Source: Patescibacteria group bacterium UBA926 (lineage in GTDB: Bacteria > Patescibacteriota > Doudnabacteria > UBA920). From it: a stretch of 55,089 bases of DNA. Positions 34,913 through 42,872 of the stretch are shown here, one piece after another. The translations under genes were made by a program, and so were the position numbers. Where the stretch lies: assembly GCA_002293685.1 (NCBI GenBank), contig DBDS01000004.1, positions 100,479-155,567 on the forward strand. Reading direction: 5' to 3'. Under the pieces are notes generated by a model that was given only the letters and a program-made list of their open reading frames with translations, searched no databases and was not told the origin of the DNA. Numbering within the stretch: the first letter of the stretch is position 1; each line of letters starts with the position of its first letter.

Positions 34913-36805
34913 ATGATTACAAATAAACTCAAACTTATTGCTTTAGTAACGGTCTTGGTGACACCGTTATTATTACCAAACTCAGCTTTAGCTGCGTTAC
35001 CTGTAAGTCGCGATTTTAATCCAAACAATCTTATTTCGGATAGCGATTTCCGGAACTCTCGTTCCATGAATGGAGCTGCAGCTATTCAGAAGTTTTTGCA
35101 AGATAAAAATAGTATCCTTGCGAACACAAATAGTTCTTTTACTTCACTATTGAAAGAACCTGTTGGTAACTCTTCTTTAAAAACCACTCTTGAGGATCCA
35201 TCTACAAACAATACAACTCCTCGTTCTGCAGCAGAATTGATTTGGGATGCTAGTGCGCATAGTGGAATTAACCCGCAAGTTATTCTAGTCAAGCTTCACA
35301 AAGAACAAAGTTTAATCGGTGGTCATCATGGCTCAGCACCAGATAGATTGCAACGTGCATTAGATTTCTCGATGGGATTCGGTTGTCCTGACACTGCACC
35401 TTGTGGAGAATTGTACCGTGGCTTTTATTATCAATTATTCGGAAATGTTGACGCTGAGAACAACCGTTATTTGGGTGCAGCAAAATCTTTGATGCGTTCA
35501 CTTGAAACTCCAGGTGGTCGCGGCCCATTTTATAATGGGAAAGTGTCAAAAGTTGGTGATGTAATTGTTTTATCAAACACCCTTGGAGGTTATGAAGGAG
35601 TTCAATCTCAACAAACTATTACATTAGCAAACTCCGCAACAGCCGCTTTATATCGATACACTCCTCACGTGTTCAACGGAAACTATAATTTTTGGCGTTA
35701 CATGAATGAGTGGTTTGGTAGTGGCCGCACCACAGTAGACACCGGTCCACAAGTATTCGATAACGGAAGCATTGTAGAATACAATCGTGAGTATTTCATG
35801 ATACAGGATGGGAAGCGATTGGCAATTTCGGATTTCGTTATGAAAGCCCGAAACATCAATCCAAAATTCAGCAGTGCCGGTACTTTAAGCCGACGTGATG
35901 CAAGTTCTTATCCAGAAGAAGGCCGTCTTGGGTTAATGGACAACACTGTTGTGAAAACCGAGCAAGGTTATTACGTATTTGTTGGAAATAAAATCTTTGC
36001 AGCAACCGAAGCTTTATTAGCACAACGTGGCTTATCTGTATTCACAGCACTTACTGCAAAGCAAAGTGATATCCAGGACTTTGAAGACGGGGGATTATTG
36101 CCACCACAAGAAGGTTCTGTTCTTCGTGGTGTAAATGGTCCTGCTGTTTACGTGGTAGAAAATGCACAGCTTAGATTAGTTTCCGCGTTAGTGTTCGCAC
36201 AACGCAATCTTGCCGGAAAAGTTCAGATTATTCCTGATGCAGAATTAGATAAGTATCCAAAAGGTGGTTTTGTACCGCCGCTTGATGGCACAATGGTAAA
36301 GTCTCCAAGCGATCCAACCGTTTCTCTAATCGCAGATAGAATCAAACGACCAATTCCGAGTGTGTTAGTGTTTAAAACTTACGGAAAGACTTTTGCTGAC
36401 ATCCAAACAATTAGTGATGATGAATTAACCGCAATTCCGACTGGCGCTTTAGCAGAAGCTAGGGATAATACTTATTATCGAGTATCTGATAATAACGAGT
36501 TGTATGTTTTCCGAAACGGTTCACGTCACTTTATTTCAGCTTTTGTTGCGCGTCAGCGAGGTATCACTCCCGATGTAACTTTCACAGCAGCAGAAGTTTC
36601 CAGTTGGCCAGAAGGCGAGCCAATTTTACCTAAAGATGGAACGCTTATCAAAGCAAACAACAGTCCTGCGGTATACATTGTCGAAGGTGGTCAGTTTAAA
36701 GCGTTGTCTGGTGAATCTTTCAAATCAAGAGGCTTGAGTTTCTCTAACGTCAATTCAGTTCCTGCTGCAGAGATGGATAAGTATATCGCAGCTCAAGCAA
36801 GTTAA
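34913..36805 (+). CDS. secreted protein with six copies of the same ~58-aa repeat module
   Basis: It has a signal peptide (LLLPNSALAALP) and an N-terminal globular region, followed by six repeats such as PPLDGTMVKSPSDPTVSLIADRIKRPI and KDGTLIKANNSPAVYIVEGGQFKAL. Confidence 0.65.
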   Translation: MITNKLKLIALVTVLVTPLLLPNSALAALPVSRDFNPNNLISDSDFRNSRSMNGAAAIQKFLQDKNSILANTNSSFTSLLKEPVGNSSLKTTLEDPSTNNTTPRSAAELIWDASAHSGINPQVILVKLHKEQSLIGGHHGSAPDRLQRALDFSMGFGCPDTAPCGELYRGFYYQLFGNVDAENNRYLGAAKSLMRSLETPGGRGPFYNGKVSKVGDVIVLSNTLGGYEGVQSQQTITLANSATAALYRYTPHVFNGNYNFWRYMNEWFGSGRTTVDTGPQVFDNGSIVEYNREYFMIQDGKRLAISDFVMKARNINPKFSSAGTLSRRDASSYPEEGRLGLMDNTVVKTEQGYYVFVGNKIFAATEALLAQRGLSVFTALTAKQSDIQDFEDGGLLPPQEGSVLRGVNGPAVYVVENAQLRLVSALVFAQRNLAGKVQIIPDAELDKYPKGGFVPPLDGTMVKSPSDPTVSLIADRIKRPIPSVLVFKTYGKTFADIQTISDDELTAIPTGALAEARDNTYYRVSDNNELYVFRNGSRHFISAFVARQRGITPDVTFTAAEVSSWPEGEPILPKDGTLIKANNSPAVYIVEGGQFKALSGESFKSRGLSFSNVNSVPAAEMDKYIAAQAS

Positions 36806-36820
36806 AAGAGAATTTAATAA

Positions 36821-36860
36821 AAAACAACCGAGCGAAATATTTCGCTCGGTTTTATTTTTA
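36821..36860. terminator. bidirectional terminator between convergent genes
   Basis: The AACCGAGCGAAA/TTTCGCTCGGTT stem is flanked by A- and T-tracts. Confidence 0.8.
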
Positions 36861-36873
36861 CCTAACGTTGTCG

Positions 36874-37086
36874 TTAAGTGATGGCGTTGATGTATCCCCT
36901 ATGGGATCGGCCGATTTTGTTAACCCGTGGTTTCGTTTTGGAAATCTGCCTGACCGCAATTTCCTTTTCCGCCGTTTCGACCTCTGACTGGCATCGGCCG
37001 CAAATTTCGAGATGTTTCTCTCCTTTTGCCCAAAGCATTTTGCCTTCCGCTTTGTATCTGATTTGCTCAGGTTTTAAACAAGCCAT
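36874..37086 (-). CDS. small hypothetical protein (70 aa)
   Basis: GGGAGGA lies 7 nt upstream of the ATG, and the terminator at 36821-36860 lies downstream. It is preferred over the overlapping plus-strand ORF, which has no RBS. Confidence 0.4.
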   Translation of the reverse strand: MACLKPEQIRYKAEGKMLWAKGEKHLEICGRCQSEVETAEKEIAVRQISKTKPRVNKIGRSHRGYINAIT

Positions 37087-37154
37087 ATTTATATCCTCCC
37101 TTTTGGTTATTTAATAGAACTGTTTACTTTATCAAATTATACCACGCAGGTCAA

Positions 37155-37191
37155 CCCTGTTAAACTCGCTTTCGCGAAATGTTTAACAGGG
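37155..37191. repeat. second palindrome family: CCCTGTTAAAC-(inner hairpin)-GTTTAACAGGG
   Basis: It has the same outer arms as 8241-8278, with a different inner hairpin (TCGCTTTCGCGA). Confidence 0.8.
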
Positions 37192-37199
37192 CAAAGATT

Positions 37200-37208
37200 T
37201 GCTATAAT
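37200..37208 (+). promoter_or_regulatory. extended -10 (TGCTATAAT) ending 7 nt before the flippase ATG (leaderless-type)
   Basis: This was read directly. Confidence 0.5.
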
Positions 37209-37215
37209 ACAGCAA

Positions 37216-38673
37216 ATGGCAACGCCTTCTAAAAACATACTATGGCTTTCGGTCTCAAGGGTTTTCTCTTTGGGTCTTTTATTTTTGGCATACACTCAGC
37301 TGTTCCGTTACTTGGGACCAGAGCAAAGCGGGCAATTTCAGTTTGTGCTTTCGTATGTCACACTTTTCGGTGTTGTAATTGACTTCGGAATCCAGCAGTA
37401 CATCATCAAGAAAATTAGTGAAGACCGTTCAAAAGCCAAGCAATATTTCCATAGTTTCCTAGCTGTCGAAGTTGTGTTGGCGATTTTAGTTTATGGTGCG
37501 ATGGTAGGAGTGGCGTTTTGGAACGGCTACGAACCTATAGTCTTAAAAGCAATCATGGTCGCTGGGTTGGGTGTTGCATTGCACGGATTAATTTATCCGT
37601 TCTTAGCAGTTATTACCGCGTTTTATGATCTCAAGAAAGCCGCTCTGCTAAATTTCATCAGTTCGGTAATCAACGTAGGAATTATTTTCCTTACCATTTG
37701 GTTGAATGGAAGTATTGTAATGTTGGTGACCCAGCAAGTAGTGTATGCATTACTGGCACTGGTCATGTATTATCATTACGTCCAAGCACACATTGGCAAA
37801 CCAGAAATTCTGAAAGGAATTGCCACTCTTCGGCCAGGTCTTATAAAACAGATTTTAAAAGCCTCGCTGCCGTTTGCTTTGCTTGTAGGTTTCAGTACGA
37901 TTTACAATCGCATCGACATTATTATTATTTCGCAGATGCTTGGTTACACTCAAACCGGACTTTATACCGCGGCGTATAAGTTTTTTGATTTGCTTGGCTT
38001 TTTCCCGGCGGTGGTTTCCCATGCGTTGTATCCAGTGTTTGCAACTTTGATGGCGACGAATCAAATCAGCGCGGTGCGCGAAACTTTGGAAAGATATTTG
38101 CGATTCATGGCTGCAGTTGCCTTACCAATGGCAACTGGTGGAATGCTTTTGTCTGAGCCAATCATCCGAGTGCTAGCCGGCGAGCAGTTTATTGAAGCTG
38201 CAAACGTATTAGCAGTTTTGATTTGGGCCCCAGCGATATTGTTCTTGTATGTTGTTGTTAACGCTTTAGTGATTTCACAGTTAACTCGTTACGCAACTTA
38301 CATCACCGGCTTTAATGTTTTGGTGAACATTGTCGGTAATATTTTGTTATTACCACGATATGGAATCGTTGCGGCAGCTGCGACCACAATCTTTTCCGAA
38401 ACACTTCAGGGCGGATATTATTTCTATTTAGTAAAGAAGAAAATCACGCAGTTCACTTTTTTCAGAAATATTTGGCAACCATTTGTCGCCGCAGGGTTGA
38501 TGGGTATTGCTGTGTTTTTCTTACGCGATCAATTTTTACTAATTCCAATGGTAGTTGGTGCTGCGGTTTACGGAATTTTATTGCTAAGTTTTGGATTCTT
38601 CAGAAAAGAGGATTGGCAGTATTTAACAAAATTACTTCGCAGAGGATATGAACCAGACAAAACCGAAAACTAA
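37216..38673 (+). CDS. Wzx-like polysaccharide/lipid-linked oligosaccharide flippase (MOP superfamily)
   Basis: It has about 12-14 TM helices and a typical polysaccharide-biosynthesis-protein N-terminus (LWLSVSRVFSLGLLFLAYTQLFRYLGPEQSGQF). Confidence 0.75.
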   Translation: MATPSKNILWLSVSRVFSLGLLFLAYTQLFRYLGPEQSGQFQFVLSYVTLFGVVIDFGIQQYIIKKISEDRSKAKQYFHSFLAVEVVLAILVYGAMVGVAFWNGYEPIVLKAIMVAGLGVALHGLIYPFLAVITAFYDLKKAALLNFISSVINVGIIFLTIWLNGSIVMLVTQQVVYALLALVMYYHYVQAHIGKPEILKGIATLRPGLIKQILKASLPFALLVGFSTIYNRIDIIIISQMLGYTQTGLYTAAYKFFDLLGFFPAVVSHALYPVFATLMATNQISAVRETLERYLRFMAAVALPMATGGMLLSEPIIRVLAGEQFIEAANVLAVLIWAPAILFLYVVVNALVISQLTRYATYITGFNVLVNIVGNILLLPRYGIVAAAATTIFSETLQGGYYFYLVKKKITQFTFFRNIWQPFVAAGLMGIAVFFLRDQFLLIPMVVGAAVYGILLLSFGFFRKEDWQYLTKLLRRGYEPDKTEN

Positions 38674-39106
38674 AAAAGCATCAATCACTAAAGCTCCTCA
38701 AACTAAAATCATGGTATTTGGAACTTTCGATATGATTCACGAAGGTCACCGCAATCTTTTTGCGCAAGCACGCGCGCTCGCGAAGAATCCAAAGTTGATT
38801 GTATCTTTAGCCCGCACAAAAAATGTGACAAGAATTAAAGGCCGTGCCCCGCGCAGCACCGAAGCTGCTCGTCTAGCGCGAGTTAAAGCTCTTCCCGAAG
38901 TGGACCGTGCTATATTAGGCGCCGTGAGAAACTACTTCACTCCCATTTTACGAATTCAACCAGACATTATCGCGCTTGGTTATGATCAAAAAGCTTACGT
39001 TAAAACTCTCCGCGCCGACTTAAAAAAAGCTGGCTTAACAACCAAAGTCGTTCGCCTCAAGCCTTTCCAGCCAGAGAAGTACAAAACCAGTCTGTTGAGG
39101 AAATAG
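38648..39106 (+). CDS. cytidylyltransferase-like nucleotidyltransferase (RibL/TagD-like, HxGH motif)
   Basis: It has the motifs MVFGTFDMIHEGHRNLF and PDIIALGYDQ. The true start may be the internal Met at 38711. It overlaps the flippase gene by 26 nt. Confidence 0.65.
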   Translation: MNQTKPKTKKASITKAPQTKIMVFGTFDMIHEGHRNLFAQARALAKNPKLIVSLARTKNVTRIKGRAPRSTEAARLARVKALPEVDRAILGAVRNYFTPILRIQPDIIALGYDQKAYVKTLRADLKKAGLTTKVVRLKPFQPEKYKTSLLRK

Positions 39107-39152
39107 TTTCTCGTGCTATACTGTGGACGAATAAACAAGGAGGTAGATAAAT

Positions 39153-39557
39153 ATGAATGGTATGACCCAGTCTACAGGCTTTTTGAATGCCCAATTAGTC
39201 ATTGCGTTGGTGGTCTTGAAAGGATGTCAGCAGTTCGATGATGGCGAGACGGTGTCGCTCGCGGACCTGGCAGGTCACGTAAAGACTCTCAAAGAAAATG
39301 GCTTTGAGGTTGATAAAGTACCTCTCTCGCACCAAAGCGGCCGACCTTATTCTCAAGACATAGATAAATTTTTAAGCGAATCTGAAGTTTATGGTGACCT
39401 GTTGTATTACAAACAACAGACCATCGGCTTTAAACCACGCTTGAAGAAAATCTGTCTGAATGGCATCAAAGGTCAAGCCGAAAGAAACCCTGAGCTGTGG
39501 CCGATCATCGAGAATGCTCACCGCACTCTTGATATCCGATATCAAACTTTCTATTAA
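39153..39557 (+). CDS. hypothetical protein (134 aa) with its own promoter, strong SD and terminator
   Basis: It is flanked by TGCTATACT at 39114-39122, AAGGAGG 8 nt before the ATG, and a terminator at 39578-39608. No recognisable motif was seen. Confidence 0.5.
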   Translation: MNGMTQSTGFLNAQLVIALVVLKGCQQFDDGETVSLADLAGHVKTLKENGFEVDKVPLSHQSGRPYSQDIDKFLSESEVYGDLLYYKQQTIGFKPRLKKICLNGIKGQAERNPELWPIIENAHRTLDIRYQTFY

Positions 39558-39708
39558 GGTTTCGACCTTGAAGTTTCGCCCCGACAGATTTTCTGTCGGG
39601 CATTTTTGTTACTTCTCAAAAACCTCAGCGTAAGGCATTACGAAAACTAACTGCCGGCGGTTAGGACGATTCAACCCCTTAAAATATGGTACAATTAATG
39701 CTGAATTA

Positions 39709-40329
39709 ATGTTATTAGACGCAGTGACGTATAACAGTTCCATAAAAACTAGTGAGGCTCCAAGTGTTTCCGAACTCAAAGAGAGGGAGGCGCTTCGGGC
39801 TCTACAAAATGGTGATACCGAAAAATTCGTAATTCTTTACGATCTCTACATGGAGAAAATTTATCGCTACTTGTTTTTCCGCTTGCATCATAAAGAGTTG
39901 GCCGAAGATTTAACTAGTCAAACTTTTTTGCAAGCTTACAGCAAGATTCACCAGTACGATTCTACAAAAGGCGCATTCGGCGCTTGGCTTTACCGTGTAG
40001 CGAGAAATCTAATGATAGATGAAATTCGCCGCAAGAAGCCAACCGATAACATTGACCAGCACTTTGATTTAAAAGATGACACAAATATCGAAACAGAAAC
40101 CGACCGCACGCTCAATAGTGAAGCGGTTCAGAAACTTATGGAAACGCTCCCACTAGACGCTCGTGAGTTACTTACCTTACGGCTCTGGGATGAGCTTTCT
40201 TACGCTGAAATTGCAGCCGTTACCGGTAAAAACGAAGGTGCGTTAAAAATGCAGTTCTCTCGTTTGGTGAAGAAGCTGCAAGAAACAGCGCCAGCAATTT
40301 TATTAGCCTTGTTGATTATTAATATCTAA
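39709..40329 (+). CDS. ECF-type sigma-70 family RNA polymerase sigma factor
   Basis: Region 2 (IYRYLFFRL...AEDLTSQTFLQAY...WLYRVARNLMIDEIRR) and region 4 (LRLWDELSYAEIAAVTGKNEGALKMQFSRL) are present. Confidence 0.8.
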   Translation: MLLDAVTYNSSIKTSEAPSVSELKEREALRALQNGDTEKFVILYDLYMEKIYRYLFFRLHHKELAEDLTSQTFLQAYSKIHQYDSTKGAFGAWLYRVARNLMIDEIRRKKPTDNIDQHFDLKDDTNIETETDRTLNSEAVQKLMETLPLDARELLTLRLWDELSYAEIAAVTGKNEGALKMQFSRLVKKLQETAPAILLALLIINI

Positions 40330-40333
40330 ATCG

Positions 40334-42088
40334 ATGAACACTCAAGAATTACAACAACTCATCATGGAACTCGGCTTAGATCCTAATGATCAACAGCTTC
40401 AAAAATTGCTTATGCAAATTTTGGAAAGCAAGCCGCAAGTGGAAATTAGTCAGGGTTTCAAAGAACAACTCCGAACGCAGTTGGTTCAGCAAACAACTGT
40501 TGCAAAAGCAGGAGCAACAAATTCTCTTTCTCGTCATGCTGAGCAAACAACAAACTCTTCTTCTCGTCATGCTGAGCAAACAACAAACTCTTCTTTTCGT
40601 CATGCTGAGCAAACAACAAACTCTTCTTCTCGTCATGCTGAGCGAAGCGAAGCATCTCCAAAAAATAATTTATTAACAAATCTTATGCAAAAAATAATGA
40701 TCCCAGCTCTTGTGGCGGTAGTCGTCCTAGTAGCTGGTGGTGCGTGGTACGCAAATCAACAAAACCCAGGTTTAATTGATTTCGGCGGCGGCGACGAAAT
40801 CTTGTCTGGTAAATATTCCGTGGACCAACTTGACGCTGGTTCTTTCGGAGATTTGAGCAAAGTCGCTATCGTTTCAGGTGGTCCTGCGACTGGAATGGGA
40901 AGTGGCGGCGGAACTAACTTAACAAGTGACGCTCAAAAAGCAACCGAATCCGAACGGATGGCAATCGCTCCAGTTGGTTCAGGCGGCGGTTCAGATGCGA
41001 GCATCTTACCTTACCCTGATGGATATAATTTTATGTACGAAGGTGAAGAAATATCTGGTCTTGCCGAAACACAAGATGTGTTGAAGCGTCAAAAACCAGA
41101 GCAAAGCGAAAGCGTGGTTAGTCGAATTATTCGAATTTTCAGTTTTGGTCTAGTTGATTTAACAAAGTTCACTAATACCCGTATTCAAAGTTTTGCTTTC
41201 ATGGAAGATAAAGACTTAGGATTAAGTGTTAACATTGATTTACATCAGGGTAATATTGGAATTTATCAGAACTGGGAGAAGTGGCCACAACCTCAATATG
41301 GATGTGAAGGTAGCTACTGTGGTGCGTTACCACGTATTACTGAATCAGATTTACCAAGTGACGAAGAAGCTTTACGAATCGCAAATCAGTTCGTTAGTGA
41401 TTACGGAATTTCGTTGGAAGGTTACGGCGCTCCGATGGTTTATGAACCACACAACTGGCGTATCGCTTACGAGCGAGCAGAAGACAAAGCAGGATTTTAT
41501 ATTCCAGAAACAGTGAATGTAATTTACCCAATTGAAATTGAAGGTCAGAGAGTATTTGATGAAAACGGCCACCCAACTGGAATGAATATCAATATTGACG
41601 CTCGTACACGTCGTGTTTCTACTATGTACGGACTAGAAACCAAGCAGTTCCAACGTTCGGCGTATCAAGGTGAAACAGATGCGAACCGAATTTTAGGAAT
41701 TGCTAATCGCGGCGGTTACCGTAATCAGTTATGGGAAGGAACTAATCGTCAAACATTGATTTTGGAAACCCCGACTGTACAGTTGGTCCGCATTTGGTAC
41801 TCTAACGATCCAACTCGCATGGGTGAAGAATTATACGTACCGGCTCTTGTTTTCCCAATTCGCAATGTTGAGCAAACTAACTACTGGCGTAAGAGTGTAG
41901 TGGTTCCTTTGGTGAAAGAATTGTTAGACAATGAAAACCAAGGCGGTGGACCGGTGTATCCGATGCCAATGCCTGTGGACGATGGGCCGATGCCAGTTGA
42001 ACCAGATGGCGGAATTGGTGACACACCAGACGCACCTCAATCTACCGAGCCAAGCGCTCCGATAACTTTACCTGCTCCTAGAGGTTAA
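40334..42088 (+). CDS. putative anti-sigma / membrane protein with a large extracytoplasmic domain and an internal 33-nt tandem repeat
   Basis: It lies 4 nt downstream of the ECF sigma gene. It has a single TM helix (IMIPALVAVVVLVAGGAWY) and about 440 aa outside the membrane. No zf-HC2 motif was seen. Confidence 0.5.
   Translation: MNTQELQQLIMELGLDPNDQQLQKLLMQILESKPQVEISQGFKEQLRTQLVQQTTVAKAGATNSLSRHAEQTTNSSSRHAEQTTNSSFRHAEQTTNSSSRHAERSEASPKNNLLTNLMQKIMIPALVAVVVLVAGGAWYANQQNPGLIDFGGGDEILSGKYSVDQLDAGSFGDLSKVAIVSGGPATGMGSGGGTNLTSDAQKATESERMAIAPVGSGGGSDASILPYPDGYNFMYEGEEISGLAETQDVLKRQKPEQSESVVSRIIRIFSFGLVDLTKFTNTRIQSFAFMEDKDLGLSVNIDLHQGNIGIYQNWEKWPQPQYGCEGSYCGALPRITESDLPSDEEALRIANQFVSDYGISLEGYGAPMVYEPHNWRIAYERAEDKAGFYIPETVNVIYPIEIEGQRVFDENGHPTGMNINIDARTRRVSTMYGLETKQFQRSAYQGETDANRILGIANRGGYRNQLWEGTNRQTLILETPTVQLVRIWYSNDPTRMGEELYVPALVFPIRNVEQTNYWRKSVVVPLVKELLDNENQGGGPVYPMPMPVDDGPMPVEPDGGIGDTPDAPQSTEPSAPITLPAPRG
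40533..40658 (+). repeat. 33-nt tandem repeat (3 head-only units plus 1 complete GTCATGCTGAGCGAAGCGAAGCATCTC element) inside a CDS
   Basis: The units start at 40533, 40566, 40599 and 40632. They encode SRHAEQTTNSS three times and then SRHAERSEASP. Confidence 0.9.
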
Positions 42089-42094
42089 GAATAA

Positions 42095-42409
42095 GTATCC
42101 CCGGGCGAGCGCAGCGAGACCCGGGGTCTACAATGTCATCCTGAGTCCGCCATGGGCGGACGAAGGATCTCTCTCTGTCATCCTGAGGCGCTATTAAACT
42201 GTCATCCTGAGTCCGCCATGGGCGGACGAAGGATCTCTCATGTCATTCCGGCCTTGAGCCGGAATCTCCTGAATGCCATCACGGCATTACATATGTCATC
42301 CCCGCGAAGGCGGGGAATCCAAAAAATACATCAGTAAAACCCGCTCTGCAACAGAGCGGGTTTTTGTTTTCCATGTCACCCCGGAAGCCCGAAGGGCTAT
42401 CCGGGGTCC
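42095..42409 (+). repeat. array of seven same-orientation hairpin elements, including two identical 37-mers
   Basis: The copies start at 42095, 42135, 42177 (head only), 42201, 42242, 42295 and 42375. A canonical terminator at 42336-42366 lies within the array. Confidence 0.9.
42336..42366 (+). terminator. rho-independent terminator inside the element array
   Basis: The sequence is AAAACCCGCTCTG-CAAC-AGAGCGGGTTTTT. Confidence 0.8.
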
Positions 42410-42469
42410 ATTTTTCCAAACCACTACATTAATCTCAGATATCTAGTCCCTCTGTGGTAAAATTAAACC

Positions 42470-42865
42470 ATGAACGAATATACTCAGTATGCTGAATTGA
42501 TTAAACCCGCTTGGGCGCCGCCAGCATTCTTGTTTGGTCCGGTTTGGACTTTCCTTTACGCAGTTATTATAGTGAGTTTTGGATACGTGTTTTATCTTGC
42601 TTGGAAGAATGTCATTCCGAGAAAAGTCGCGTTGCCGTTTGTATTAAATATTATTTTTAATGCAGTATTTACTCCACTGCAGTTTGGACTTAATAACAAT
42701 TTCCTAGCCTCGATAGATATTCTGTTGGTACTCGCAACATTAATTTGGTTAATGAAGGCAGTTTGGCCTTATCGCCGTTGGGTTGCGTTAGTGAATATTC
42801 CGTATTTAGCATGGGTGAGTTTCGCTACAGTTTTGCAAATTACTATTACATATTTAAACTGGTAA
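42470..42865 (+). CDS. TspO/MBR family tryptophan-rich sensory protein (short)
   Basis: It has the motif PAWAPPAFLFGPVWTFLYAVI, further Trp-rich TM helices and WVSFATVLQ. Confidence 0.75.
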   Translation: MNEYTQYAELIKPAWAPPAFLFGPVWTFLYAVIIVSFGYVFYLAWKNVIPRKVALPFVLNIIFNAVFTPLQFGLNNNFLASIDILLVLATLIWLMKAVWPYRRWVALVNIPYLAWVSFATVLQITITYLNW

Positions 42866-42872
42866 CCCCAAT

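Noticed and set aside
30257-36805. LPxTG-type sorting signals in the secreted proteins next to the sortase gene.
   Set aside because: The C-termini were read directly (..QNQIVRQ, ..IVTRPRRP, ..PKGESYVL and ..KYIAAQAS). None has an LPxTG-like pentapeptide followed by a hydrophobic helix and a basic tail.
36878-37114. Plus-strand 78-aa hydrophobic ORF.
   Set aside because: It has no SD, and it begins inside the terminator region of the upstream gene. The antisense 70-aa ORF has GGGAGGA at the proper distance.
40376-40679. Three alternative-frame ORFs over the 33-nt repeat region (86, 96 and 73 aa).
   Set aside because: They are repeat-generated open frames. The long frame 40334-42088 is continuous with a TM helix and a large domain, and it is coupled to the sigma gene.
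42152-42337. 61-aa ORF (MGGRRISLCHPEALLNCHPES...).
   Set aside because: It is entirely a translation of the tandem hairpin elements. It has no RBS, and the same peptide words would arise wherever the repeat occurs.
42095-42409. Possible CRISPR array, because of many short palindromic repeats in tandem.
   Set aside because: The repeat units differ in sequence and length (23-37 nt) and belong to several subtypes. The gaps between them are 0-25 nt rather than uniform 30-40-nt spacers. Copies of the same units are dispersed all over the window, and no cas genes are present.
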